From contig JBLDXI010000034.1 of the NCBI GenBank assembly GCA_047495785.1, positions 248,001 to 312,000 on the forward strand: DNA of 64,000 bases, in the 5' to 3' direction. This DNA is from Lepidodermella squamata (taxonomy: Eukaryota > Animalia > Gastrotricha). Below the pieces are notes generated by a model that made no database searches, was not told the DNA's origin, and worked only from the letters and a program-made list of their open reading frames with translations. Position numbers and translations under genes: made by a program. Shown piece after piece: positions 1 to 13,094 of the stretch. Within the stretch, counting starts at the first letter, position 1. Every line of letters starts with the position of its first letter.

Positions 1-1287
1 CCGTTGCGGAACAGCTAGCGACATAAAAGAACAATGGGTTGGGTCGCGTCTCAAGGGTGAAAATCGCATAATTTGGGCGCAACATCACGGCAAGGGGGCG
101 ACAATGGAGTGTTAAAGGTAAGATCATTTAGCAGTATTATGTAAATTTCAGTTTTTTCAGCCCGGAATTTATCTGACCAGATGGTCGCTGTGGGTTTTGG
201 GGATTTTCTTGCCTCTCGTGCCCCTGTAACCTCGGTCTTCACACGCTGGGAACTGCGACAATGCTCCCTCATCACCAAGGCGATGATTCACTGTTTTAGT
301 CTTCGTTGCAAATTATGGCTTGTTTGTATGTAAGACACTTCATACAGGGCCCTGCCTATTTATTTACCCTCTGTCCTTTACACAGGTTCTGCCCTATTTT
401 TTCGTCCTGCCTAATAATTCGTAGAATTCGGTAGAAGGATTCTGTAAATTGCGCTGAACTCAGCGTGGTCAATAGGTTGGAAAAATCGACTTTTTGCCTT
501 TAGATTCCCTATAGGGGAGATCTTAGGATTATCTAGTTGAGCTCTTTGGATCTCTAACCGTAACACCTGGATGCTTTAAAAAATTATTTTCAAATTCTCC
601 GAAATTGATTTAGTAAAGAAATTATCTTTCAGATAGTTCCATTTCAAAGAGTGAGTCCAAAGAGTGAGGTCAGTCAACTTGAGTTAGGGTTGGTTAGGGT
701 TAGGTGTCATCTTGACCCACAACCCCATTTATATCGAATGACCTTTGGCGGTCATGATCACTCTAAAAGATCTTTTCTTTGCTTAATTAAGTGCGGATAA
801 TTTGAAAATCAAAATTATAACGCAATACTAAATGATAATCTGAAGCAGCTTGGGTGTTGATTATGAAGCAATGCTTTTCATGGTTCTTTTCAACCTCAAT
901 CAAAGGTTATAACGCTTGAAAATTCGCGAATCTTGCCTTTCCTCTATTGAATTCGCCGATTCTTAGGAGGTTTTCATTTTGGGATTAGCCTCGGAGAACT
1001 GCTCGAGGTTTGTTAAGACTATTATATGTCGGGCCTCTTTCTGCTCGTCGACCAGAATATACACAAGCGTCTCCTTCTTAATGCCCACTATAACAGTGAA
1101 TATGCATCTTCAAATGCCGGCTCTAATAACTCGCTGTCAAAACAAAACAAGCTCTCGTAAGGAAGCTGAACATCCACTAAGGCACTCGTAAATTACTTGC
1201 TCAAACAACAACTAAGCACGAAAAGCCACACGTAAAGACCTTCTCCACTAGTAATATATTGCGTCAAATTTTAATAGACCCCAACAA

Positions 1288-2259
1288 ATGTCATCACTTG
1301 TAGCAATTCTCGCCACAATATCGCTGATTTCAACTTATGGTATGAATTTTGATTAAATTAGCCCCATCAGCAGCTTTGTTCTTACAGGTGAATGTCAGAC
1401 CCCATGGCCGCGCCCTGAGTCACTGGTTTTCCAACTACCCCTCGACCTTAATTATCAACTCAACGACACAATTTGCAATCTTCTGCCTTTCGCCGCTTCA
1501 TCCAGCATCATTGTCTCGCCGAGCCCGGGACCGTTCGGTAACGCCTCAACCTCGGTCGAGATTCGCGACTTCCCAGACCAGATCGGGGTTTCCTTGGCCG
1601 AATACCGTAATATCCCCCTTAAAAATGGTTTCACCATCGCGTTTTACTACTACCAAAGTGGCAAAAGTGCGAGCGGAGTTCTCGAGTCCGAATTTGAGGA
1701 TGGAATTCTAACGATTGTCATCACAACCGATGGCGTTGTGATGGTTCAACTTTTCGACAAAATTCAGGGACAATACACGACGAAAATCGAACTGGCTGTA
1801 TTCAACAAAAGTCAGACCTGGGGATTCGCAGCATTGTCCTATGACATGCTCAGCCAAAAACTGCGTCTATTCGCCCCTGGCGCGGATTTGAAGCCTGTTG
1901 AAGCCGACTCTACGTTTCAATTCATCAAAACATCTCTCGTGACGTGGGCGAGGTTCAAAATTGGAGGGGCAGCGATTCGAGGCGTTCCTCCCCGGGTTTA
2001 CGGCATGAGTTGGCAGGACAGCATTGCTTGTTTCTCGGTCTATGACACAGCGATTTCGGAGGCTGATATTGGGTTGGTTAGACTGGCTTGTCGCGATGCG
2101 CCTAAGCGGAGCTCGAATTGCCAGAGAAGTGGCCCGGTCACAGCGGCTCCTATTACGACAACCTTAGCGTTCGCCGGGAAGAAGAATGCCGGGGTCGTGG
2201 TTTCTTTCTCGGAGGAACTTACTCTAGCTGCACTTTTTGTGATGCTCTTCCTCTACTAA
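1288..2259 (+). CDS. Secreted, probably GPI-anchored LamG/concanavalin-A-like domain protein, 307 aa; join(1288..1339,1388..2259)
   Basis: Exon 1 MSSLVAILATISLISTYG is signal-like. A 48-nt GT-AG intron joins it in frame to the 1594 ORF. Motifs PGPFG, FTIAFY, IACFSVYDTAISEADI are LamG-like. A Thr-rich spacer precedes a terminal hydrophobic tail. Confidence 0.7.
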
Positions 2260-2622
2260 ATTGAAAATTGGGAAATCGTAATAAAATCGCTTTGATGGCA
2301 GTTCTAATGCGATACAATCATTTTTATCTCCAGTTTTTGTTTTCTCAAAGACAATGAGAAGCAGCAGGAAAAATTGACCATTCAAGAAGTTTTGCCAGGA
2401 GTCGTTTTCGTTTAACGAACTTTCCGTCATAACATGTTTGTTATATCAGCCTTCATATATTCTCCATCAGAATCTTAGCATCGACGTGTTTATCTAGTGT
2501 CTAGACGCCGCTACCAACCTTGATGAGTGCTTTTCGATTATCTAACCCACGGCTAATTCATTCTCTGCGTTTTAAACAAAAAGGAATTATCTTTTCACTT
2601 TTCAACATTTCACCAAGTTATC

Positions 2623-2923
2623 ATGGCAAAGCTTGTTGTTTTTATGATCCTTTTCGTAAGATCGAATGCCCATGCGTTTTTCTTCACGACTTTTGTCATT
2701 TTAACAGGCCTTTGCTGCTGCTTCTATGGCAGGCACCGCGCCAATAAAACAACCTTGTGTCTGGAAGATCGTCGATAGCGAATGGCAGTGTTTGGCTCTT
2801 GAGAAGCGTGAAGCAGCTGCACCAGAAGAAGAGGCGCGTGCAACGTGCAAAACCAAAGACGGCAGAGATGGCGTTCGCGTGAGAGATAACAACGGAAAGC
2901 CTGCTTGTAGGGCTAATAACTAG
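2623..2923 (+). CDS. Small secreted prepropeptide P1, 82 aa; join(2623..2655,2708..2923)
   Basis: MAKLVVFMILF|AFAAASMA signal split by a 52-nt gtaaga..aacag intron, then a 2-Cys peptide, KR, acidic spacer EAAAPEEEAR and a second 2-Cys peptide. Confidence 0.8.
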
Positions 2924-3445
2924 AACTCCAACTGCTGAGGCCGGCGAAATGATTTGATGAGATGAACTGAATGATGATTATATTGCTGCTATACTTGAAA
3001 TCCCAACCGGCGGTAAACAAGATTGGAAGGATAAATAATACCTAATTTCAATCGCTTAATCAATGCAAGCAGTTTTGAATAAAGTGTTGTGGAAAGTGGG
3101 AAATCGATATGCCAAAATTGTTGCAGCCCTGTGGGATCGCAAATCTGGGATTTCATTTTATTAAAAACATACGAAATATTAACCAGTTTAATTAGCTTGA
3201 AACACCAAGAACAAACTGCTGTATCGCAGATCACCGAAGTACATAAAAAAATGTACGTTGAAATTCCAGTATTTTAGCTTCAATGAATTAATAAGCGTTT
3301 GGTGAAAGAGAATAGTTAGCTCCAGGTTAATTGTAAATTAAAAAAAAAACAAGAGGATACCAGATACCAATGAATTGTAAGCAAACCAGGTTAGCTAGTA
3401 CCTCATTTTTTGCATGCAACTAGTATTTAGAAAAAACGCCACGAA

Positions 3446-5087
3446 ATGCACGCTGCTCGAAGCATTTCACTAGCTATCCTAATTTTCTCCTGTAGCCTGA
3501 TACCACTTATTGATTGTTGCTTGAAATCAAGCGAAAAAGCCGCAACAACGACTACAACGATAAAGCCCACTGTCTACACGAGTAAATATACTACTCATCA
3601 ATATTCTTCTGGATATTTCGAAAGATACTCAGAAGTTCTCCACAATGCATTGGCAGACAGCGTGGACAAGGCTGACGTATACCAAACCAGCGATCTCATC
3701 GCCAAAATCTACGCCGAGATTCAACTCGATGCAAACTGGCGAGTAACAGATGAGATACTGCGTTGCGGGAGTTTCATCAAAAAGCCAACCCTTCTTCACC
3801 GAGCTTCGATTTGCCCGGACCGCAGCAAAGAACGTGCGGAAATTATACAACTTCTCATCAAATACGAGGCTGATGTCAACGCAAGGGATGGTGCAAATAA
3901 CACCGCCTTGATCTTCGTAGCCAAGAATGGAAACCTAATCGCAGCCAGTGAGCTTTTGAAGGCTGGTGCTAACGCCAATTATGTGGATCAGTTCCAACAA
4001 GGAGCGTTGTATTTCGCAGCTGATGAAGGCGATAAAGATATGGTGAACCTTTTGTTACAAAACGGGGCAGATATCAAGTTGCGTGATTTCAAAGGACATT
4101 CGCCGTTCATGAGAGCGGCCTACAATGGCCATCTTGAGATTGGGAAGATTTTGCTCGAGAAAGGAGCGGATGTTAACGAGATTGCTATCAACGGGCAATC
4201 TGTCCTAATGATGGCGATAAGGTACAACCACTTTGAAGTGATCCGATGGCTGGTTGAGAATGGCGCAGACGAGAATTGCGGCAAATGTGATGAAAACTAC
4301 GGTAATTTTTTTGCATCCTGAAATTTTAGAGAATTTCAATTTTTTCATGTCTTATAAATTCAAAAAAATGAACGATAGTATCAATTGAATTTCAGAGAGA
4401 TTTTCTCAAAATATCGGAAAAAATCCCCAAGTAAAAATCCTTTGCTGAATGTTCAGGCTACGTCAGAGAACTGTTTCATTCCTTTTATTCTATCCAGTTT
4501 TGGGTTTACATTTGGGCGGGTCACCTCTGATAAGTGCCGCTGCTTATGGCGCTGAGAAAACCGTGAAATTCCTCATCGAGAAAGGAGCGAAAGTTAACTA
4601 TGTTGACAAGCTGGGTTCAACGGCTTTGTTGTATGCCAGTTCGAAAGGAAATGTCAAGACTCTAGTTGATAATGGCGCCGACTTGCGATTCACGGATAAA
4701 GCTGGGCGGAACCTACTACACCACTCTGCTATCAATCGCAACACTGAGGTAGCGAGATTTGCCGTTGAAAATAGGTTCGATGTGAATGGGGAGGATAGCG
4801 AAGGTTGGACAGCGCTGATGTACGCCGCCAAGGAAAAGATGCCTGAAATTGTTGAGCTGCTGCTAGACAATAAAGCTCAGATCGATCAAACGAACAACGA
4901 TGGTATGACGGCTCTGATGATTGCGGCGAAAAATGATCACCTGAACGTGGCGAAAGCTTTGGTGAATAGGGGCGCTGATGTGAATTTCGAGAACAAGCTT
5001 AATGGGAAAACTGCGTTAGATTATGCTGAGTATTCTATTTTCGTTGCTGACTTTCTTAGACCTATCACGAATCGGAAGTATCGCTAA
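3446..5087 (+). CDS. Signal-peptide ankyrin-repeat protein A1, 481 aa; join(3446..4301,4498..5087)
   Basis: Hydrophobic N-terminus ending LIDCC, Thr-rich linker, ~10 ANK repeats. A phase-1 GT-AG intron joins the two ORFs in frame. Confidence 0.9.
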
Positions 5088-5611
5088 TCCTCATGAAAAT
5101 TAAAATGAAAATTAAATTAAAAAAATGAATGTGAATTAATGTTATATACTGCGAAAGCTCAGAGAAAGAAAACCTTCCACCCGAAAATTCCTCGTCCATT
5201 TGGTAGTTTTAGAATCAATTCGCGATACTTAAGGTGGTCTTGTAAAGGTCATGCCGATTGAGCTTAGCATTGGTTTTCTGCTAGAAGCTGTGAAGTTCCT
5301 AGTTGCTAGAAGCTCATAATATCAATCATCTCTAAATTCTGACTCCAAGGCACGAAAAAAGCCATTTTACGATGAAAAACGTTGTTATTTATTCTCAGTG
5401 TAAAATTCCTCTGTAAAAACGGCGGTCACGCGCTAACATTTTCGCCACTTATAAGTTGTTAAAGCAAATAGATTGCCGTTAAGCTGAAGTAAAATATTAT
5501 TGTTTTTCGAACTATTGCGATCTATCGCGAAGCTGTGTGAACAGCAGGCTGAAAACTGCTCATCTCTTCTTTCACTTTTCCAAGTAAAAATTAAAATAAA
5601 AGCTCATAGCC

Positions 5612-5862
5612 ATGGCACGGCTTTTTCTAATTCTCTTGGTTTTGGTAAGAATGCCTGCTTTGTCAGTCTAAACCTATGTATTATTGCTTTACAGGCCGCA
5701 GTTGCTGCAATTTCAGTATCAGCAGCAATGGATCTGAGTTCAGAGGCTCACCTCGATGAAGCTGCGCGACAAGCTGATTGCCGGACCGATGAAGGCAAGC
5801 CAGGCATCTTGACTTCTAGCAGCTATGGATAGCGCCACCAAATGCAACGCGTACCGCTTTGA
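5612..5862 (+). pseudogene. P1-family peptide gene P2, join(5612..5644,5695..5832), probably truncated by a nonsense codon
   Basis: Same 33-nt first exon and gtaaga donor as P1; EAAR then CRTDEGKPG aligns with P1 EEAR-ATCKTKDGRDG. TAG at 5830 is TCG in the 43.5 kb copy, which reads on to CVPL*. Confidence 0.6.
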
Positions 5863-6290
5863 TGAATCTTGGATTCGAAATGAAGCGAGGAGAGGCGACC
5901 TGGGCTGCTAACTGTGCCATTTCATTATGACGATGCCTCGTTTTTGGAGAGAGAAGTGTGTCACGGCGCATTTCAGTTTCGTCATTAAAATGGACTTTTA
6001 ATTGAGCTTAAAGCTTCCAATGGCTGAACGGCCTTGATGATCAATGTAAGGGGCATGACAAATCAGTTGTGTTGGTGGTTGAAGTTAGGATACTGATCTC
6101 ATTTCTAAAGCCTCATTGAAACGCTAATAGTCAATTATTCAGCGGGCGGCAATTCAGTGCAGTTTAACTTCCATAAACGTGAATATTGAATAATTAGGAT
6201 TGAAGCCAAGCGAGATGAGGTAATTCGAGCATTGAAACCAGTAGCAATGCCTCATTTCACGAATTCCAGTTTCATTACAAACCAAATACT

Positions 6291-8154
6291 ATGAAACACG
6301 CTGTTAGCACAAGGCTTATCATTGTAGCGATCCTAATTGGAACCTGGACCCTTGCAAGTGAATGCTGTTTCAAAACTAGCGATCACCCGTCAGCAAAGGA
6401 AGAGGTCAGAACAGTGGAAAAAGTAGAATCCTCGAGATGGGGTGGGGTTGGTGCGTTTGAGTTTTTTCAGCCCCGGAATTATCGGACCAAAGGGTCCCCT
6501 GTGGTTTTTTGGTTTTTCTTGCAAGGTCTTTAGAGCCCCCCTCTCTCTCCTGTACCCCCGGTACTTCGCGCATTGGGTCAGAATTTTCGAACAGAGACTC
6601 TTTTGTCTTTTCATGTCTCAATGCGCGAAGTATCGTAGCCGCCCGTTCGCAAGGCAAAGAAAACACTCCCCTAAAACACAGGGGGTGTAAAAACCATTTG
6701 GTCATGGAATTCGGGCCGGGACATACCCGGGATCTTTTGAGTATCCTACTTCGGGCACTGTCATGCCTCATTACTGAAAGATTTATTGCAGGGTGAGACT
6801 GAAGCATTATTGGATGAAAACAGCCCATTTGCAGCATACAAGCGATTGGCTTCCGCCTTAGAGGAGGCCGATGTGAATCGAGTTCGCGAGCTGATCGTCG
6901 AGATCAAGGCTCAAAACAATGGCGAGTTCAACGCAAACTGGCGGGATGAAGACTATCATCGACCATCCTGTAAGCTGAATGCTGACAATTCAACCCTACT
7001 CCACCGCGTTTCGTACTGCGAAGGCCTAGCTGAACAACGGGCTGAACTCGCTCAACTTCTCATCGATAACGGGGCTGATGTTAACGCCAGGGAAAACATG
7101 AATCGAACAGCTTTGATCTTCGCAGCAGGCGCTGGTCATATGCCTGTCGTTAAGGTTCTAGTTAACGCTGGTGCTGATGTCAATGCTGTGAATAAATTCG
7201 AGCAAGGAGCGTTATGGCAGGCCTCATTCAAAGACGATAAGGAAATGCTGAATTATCTGCTCGATCAGGGCGCTGATTGGAGGGTGCGCGACTACAAGGG
7301 TCATTCGGCTTTTACAACGGCTGCGTCTTATGGGCATTACGAAATTGCGAAGATTTTGCTAGCTAAGGGGGTAGACATCAACGAGGTGGATGACTTTGCT
7401 AGGTCTGTTATAATGAATGCGGGTGAGCAGAATCAGTTTGATATCATTAAGCTGTTGGTGGAAAATGGAGCTGATGTTAACTTTGACAACAAAGACGTTC
7501 AAGTTAAATCAGGTAAGAAACTCTACCGGGTTTACTTCAAGAAACGAGAATTATTTAATTTTTTCAACAGGCCCTCACTTGGGTAGCTCGCCTTTGATGA
7601 TCGCCTCTCGTTTCGGAGACGCTGCAACCGTGAAGTACTTGATCGAGAAAGGTGCCAATGTGAGATACGTCGATAAACACGGCCTTTCAGCGATTTTGGA
7701 CGCAAATTCAGCTGAGACCGCTAAACTGCTCGTTGACAATGGTGCCGATATTCAATTCAAGAATAAATACGGGCAAACCCTTCTTCACCAGGCTGCGACT
7801 AAGGGTAAAGCCGAAGTCGTGAAGTTTGTTATTGAAAACGGGGTCGATGTCAACCAGAGAGATAAGGAAGATTGGACAGCTTTAATGTACGCGGCTAGGG
7901 AAGGTTACACCGATGTTGTCCGACTTTTACTGGACAATAAGGCGGAAGTTGATCTGTTCAACAATTATGGCTGGACTGCTTTGATGGTTTCAGCCAGAAA
8001 TGGGAATATCGATGTGGTCAAATTGCTGGTTGAAAGAGGCGCGAATGTCAATTTGAAAGGACGCATCGACAAACTAAGGCCATTGGATTTAGCAGTTGAA
8101 AATGGGAGATCAGATGTCGTCCAATTTCTGAGGCCAATTACGGCCAAAAATTGA
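6291..8154 (+). CDS. Signal-peptide ankyrin-repeat protein A2, 472 aa; join(6291..6404,6792..7512,7571..8154)
   Basis: Exon 1 MKHAVS..ASECCFKTS; phase-0 and phase-1 GT-AG introns give a continuous frame; ANK repeats. Confidence 0.9.
6412..6525 (+). repeat. Dispersed repeat in A2 intron 1
   Basis: gttttttcagcc(c)ggaatt..gacca..ggtc..ctgtgg..ttttcttgc recurs at ~151-213 and inverted at ~51495-51580. It is absent from the short paralogous intron at 44069. Confidence 0.6.
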
Positions 8155-9944
8155 CATGTTATTTGACCTTAGTTAGAAAACAATGCAAATGCTGTAAAAG
8201 TTAATTTAATAATTTATTCAAAAATAAAAACAGTTTTACCTAGTGACTACTTAAGAGCCGCATTTTCTGGTGTTCTATCAAATCTTGGAGGCTGGAAAAT
8301 GATCGTAGTTTCTACTCCAGGATTCTACGTCGCGCAATGAATGCAATTGAGCCACTTTGTTCATGGAGCATGGTGCCGGTCTGGAACCATGCTCCAGGAG
8401 CTGGTCAATTTCTCTGAAATATAAGTTTCTGAGTTCTTGAGCCTCTGCACCTTGGAGGCTATTTCTCTCTGCATGTTTATTACGCTATCCGAATGCTACT
8501 TTACAATGGATTTATTTGTTTAATGCTAGCAATCAGTCCTGTTTGATATAATGCAAGCAGTAACCACATCTTTCAGTCTATCTCGCCATATCCATCATCT
8601 GCTGTCCTCGGCTGGTTTCAGTTCAGCAGTGTGCGAATTAGCATCCTTGAGCTAATGGTTACGTTCAGCGAAGTTGAATCTAGGCGGGGCGTCACGCGTC
8701 ATAAAATCTGCGCGGCCTGTAGGTAAATGGATAGGGAAACATTGATATTGACCATTTATGAGGACTTTTTCGCCGAGCCTATTATCGCTGGTCATGCACT
8801 GTTTGTCACTGCTAACAGGACGACCTTTCCCGAAAGCAACAGCAGCAATAACAGCCTACTCAGCGAATCGTCATAAAGGATAAAAGAAACGATACGGAAT
8901 TCGAGCTTACCAATAGAGTGATAACCAAAACAAGCCTTGCCATGATAACTCGAACAATTAAACAGATAATTTCTTTGTGTTAATCAAATTTGAAACGAAG
9001 AGAATGAAATGGTCTTCAGGACGATACTCGAAAAGCATTGGCGGCTCTTAGGTAAACAAAGCGATGAATAGATGAAACTGTCTAGACGCTATCTAAAAGC
9101 GACTGAATCAACAAGTTTGTAATGACTCGATGGCCGCATCAAAAAATTGTCTATCAAAAACGCTGAGCCGCAAGATTGACCATTTTGTTTTCGAAATATG
9201 TAAGGAAAAAATCTGAATATCGAACCTCATTATTGGTCCCTAATGATCAAATCTGCGGGGGTCAATTTTACGTCATATGAATTCTAGCTTGCCGTGACCT
9301 CATTTTGGGACATACCTGGCTAAAAATGTACACACCTGTAAGAGGTTTGTTGATAATCGCCCCCATAAGTCATTTCAAATCTTGGCCCTTGGCCTTGTAG
9401 TTTCCAAGCCATCAAGAAAATAATGTGAATTAGCCCCAAAGTATTATTTTACCCATAATGACGGTACGCTGTTTTAGAACTGGTGTACAGTTTTACTGCT
9501 AAAATACATATAATGCACCTGGTTAGCGCAATAACACCGATCCTCGTCAATTTTATCGATGTTGCCGCAGGCCGACAGTGGTAATCTCAAGCGAGACATA
9601 CAGGCACTTGAATTTGCAACTGGTCCCCTTTCATAATTAAATTTCATGCTATTTTTGTCTGAGTTGTCAGTAATAGAGCTGTAAGCTTTATTAACGTAAT
9701 TTGTGATGAAAACCTGGCGGCTGGCAATGAATGCGTTTTTTATTCGAGTTCTGCTAACGGGAAGGGTTGACTCACAGCACATAGGAAAACAAAATATGCA
9801 ACACGGGGAATTGTAAAACTTGAATAATTAGCAAAAAATGTCAATATGATACGTTGAATTCACTCAGGTAAGCCTCATAGTCCGTGAGTTTCATAAAATA
9901 ATGACATATGATGTATTCCTTTTATCCTTTTGGTTCAGCTTCCA

Positions 9945-10170
9945 GTATATCGGTGCCGCAATTTTGCTGGGTTGCGTGCTTGCATGCCTCAAATTCTGAT
10001 TTAAATCCAGCAATAAGGGGCCTGCACTGCAAGAGGTCAGTTGATGAGTAAAATGTTTGAAATCACTAATAAAAGTTCTAATGCTGAATTTTCAGGATCC
10101 GATCGAAGAACCTGTCCAAAACATGAGACGTAGCTAGGACGCCGAAGCTTGAATCCCGCCATACAAAGTG
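9945..10170 (+). pseudogene. Decayed 5' remnant of an ankyrin-family gene
   Basis: Hydrophobic stretch then F*FKSSNKGPALQE|gtcagt and ttttcag|GATCCG, matching the CCFKxS..QE|gtcag..|DP exon 1/2 pattern; multiple stops. Confidence 0.45.
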
Positions 10171-10428
10171 ACACGTTGGCGTTATGCATGCTTGAATATT
10201 CTGAATAATTTCCCTTTTGTAAAAATTAAGTTTTCAGGGTTTAATAAAAATAATTATTTAATTAACTGAAATTAAAAAATATCAAGTTGAAGTTTCGAAA
10301 GATTTAAACATCGTAGGCGTCGATAGTTACGAAGCTATATAATCAGGTTCCCCTCGGAACTCTAAGATCGAGAGAGCTCAAAAACATGACATGTAGAGCT
10401 CAGCGAACTACTTTCTTCAGAGAAAAGT

Positions 10429-10531
10429 ATTGGGAGTCGTTTGATAACCGCCTTCATTCGTAGCCTTCATTCGTAGGGCTACGACGTATCGATACAAGCT
10501 GAATGAAGGCGGTTATCAAACGACTCCCAAT
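10429..10531. repeat. Perfect 31-bp inverted repeat
   Basis: attgggagtcgtttgataaccgccttcattc at 10429-10459 and its reverse complement at 10501-10531. Confidence 0.9.
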
Positions 10532-11940
10532 GGTCAATGTAGGATCAGCTCGATAGTGTCGATAGGAAGGTTGCGTTCAGCCTCAAATATTGGATTTTAG
10601 CCCGAAACAATTAATAGAAAGAAGTTTTACGCGCACTGAGTAATTATAGTGGGCCTCACACGAGCCTCACACGAGCGCACCGTCACTTCGGCGTGCTAAA
10701 AATGCGCCCCGTAAAACATTGGAAATACGAAGGATGTCACCAGTCTTCAGTTGCGTCATTAGTGAGTCAGTTCATGGTTCATGCCGAAGTGTAAATGTTT
10801 TCAATCGAATTGCTTTCAATGCAAGTAACGAAGACGACTTGGATCTTTTTAGTCTATTCAATGTTTGTGACAGGGAACTCCCGTTGTCGTAGGCCGTGTT
10901 CGGCCGGTCCGTCTGTCGGTCTGTCGGTCGTCAAGGAGGATAGTGGGGTACCTATAAAGAATAGCGGTGTAGTCACAGTTACCCCATGCAGGCTGTATTC
11001 CGTTGTTAGGTGTATCGTGAAGGAGGATAGTGGTGTATGTAAAAAAAAACAGACTGTTCAACTGTCTCACAACCATCGACTATTGCTTATTGTTATTACT
11101 GAAGAAGGATGTAAAAGGCGTGTTCCTTTATGAGCTTCAAAATAAATAAATAAATAATAAATAAATAAATGTTCAAGATTGCCACACGGCGACGTGCGAA
11201 AATCTTCACGCCATCTTCACGCTCTCCATGTAACGTGCTATTCGTATAGCACAAACATCAGACGACGAATCTACACGGTAAAATACTACAGCCCTGTGCA
11301 GTCGCCAACCGTGCGCTGTGCCGCTGTCGATAACCGCGTTGTGCGCACGACATCAACGCGCAGCATCCGATGACATGCTGACTCTCGTGACATGGCGTCA
11401 TAAATCGTCCTGTTTTCAATCCTCCAATGAAAAGTTCCCGTACATTTCGTGCATTCGTACTATTTTAGCATGTACGACTGGCAACTTTTGACCTGAGACT
11501 AACGGCAATAGCACATTCCCAGACCCGCTCACGTTTTCGTACAAACTTTTACGCTATGCGCTATGCATGTGCGCTATTTTTACCGAATAACAAGCAAATG
11601 TTACTACCACGTAGATATTCAAATTTGTGATTTGCAGCTCGAATTGAAGCCCACCTGAGCAACGATACATTAACTTGCAACCCATCTCGAATAACAGCTC
11701 GGCCTGCGTGATATGGACCCTGATGCCAATAAGTGTAGGTGGCGCTTACGGAATGACTCTCAAATGAATGATCATCTCCATCCCGTCGTCGCCGTCGTCG
11801 CCGTCGTCGCGCATGGGTGACACGATACGTGGTTATGCGCAAAGCTGGGCAGCAAGTCACGGATGTGCAAGAAAGTTATACTTAGGTCTTAGGTTAGGCA
11901 TGTTCAAGGTCACACGTGCCCACGCGTTCGAGAAAGCCAC

Positions 11941-12040
11941 GGAGTTCCCCGTCAACTGTCAAAGGCCGCAGGCCGACAGTGGTAATTCATGAAAAGGGAG
12001 TTCCCCGTCAACTGTCAAAGCCGCAGGCCGACAGTGGTAA
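11941..12040. repeat. Tandem duplication of a ~45-bp unit
   Basis: ggagttccccgtcaactgtcaaa(g)gccgcaggccgacagtggtaa occurs twice; its 3' part also occurs at ~9565. Confidence 0.75.
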
Positions 12041-13094
12041 AAAGTGCGTTGCAATACATTGTAAAAAGTGAAATCAAAACCCTTAATTTTCAAAATCTAA
12101 TAAAAATGGATGAAACTAAATCAATGGATGTAATGAAGAAGCTGGAGAAGAAGAAGAATGAATGATTTAACTTGAACTGGAGAATAACTGAAAATAATTG
12201 ATCAACAATTTAGCTGTTTATTCTAAGTATGTAGTTCGACCTTAAAACACGGAATCATTATTCAGGATAGGATAACTGAGAACTAAGAAACTGATAATTA
12301 AAAATGTCAAAAATTGAGATCACGTCCAGCAAACCGATTTTCATTCCAGTTTGAACCGCCAGGAATTTATTAGACCGGAAATGAGAAATTAAGATTCCGG
12401 TGCAAGTTCTCCAGCCGAAAACGTTGAAAATATCGACTGAAAAACATTTCCTGCTCGATTGTGTAAGAGATGAAATCAATATGCCAGATATGCAGCATAT
12501 TCGCGGCATGAAAAATAAAACTCAATAGAATAATTAACATATACGTCTTGTATGACTTGCTTTTTCTGTCCAAACAGAGTCCAAACATGTGCCAAACAGA
12601 GCACCGAATACACTCTTGTCCCGCCTTCAGTTTCTTCTTCCATTCAGTTTGAGTCAGCTATAATCATTATTAGGTCATAATTATTGCCAAACCGTGCCGT
12701 CGAATTTTCGATAGGTTTTGCCGTGTGAAACTATTATATTTTCACACGTGTAGCTTTCACACGGTCCCGGCCGTCTGGAACTCAAGCATGTGGCGGAAAT
12801 GGCTTTAGCAGAAAAGTCACTTGGCGGAAATGGAATTCGCGGAAATGATTGCCAGCGGAAACTTTTTCGCGGAAGTGCTTTAGCGGAAATGCAAAAGTGG
12901 AAAGTAGGGCACACGTTTTTCTCTTTTTGTTCTTTGCGTATGATCGTATTTATTTACATCATGTCACCAGATAAGATAAGATAAGAAGGATATAAACCGT
13001 GATTTCCCTCATTTTTTCATATTTCTAAATCACTTTATTAGGGTAAGAAATATTTCTTATTATTACTTTTATCTTTCATCACATTCTACAAATA

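Noticed and set aside
1349-1711. 120-aa ORF
   Set aside because: Alternative frame of exon 2 of the LamG gene.
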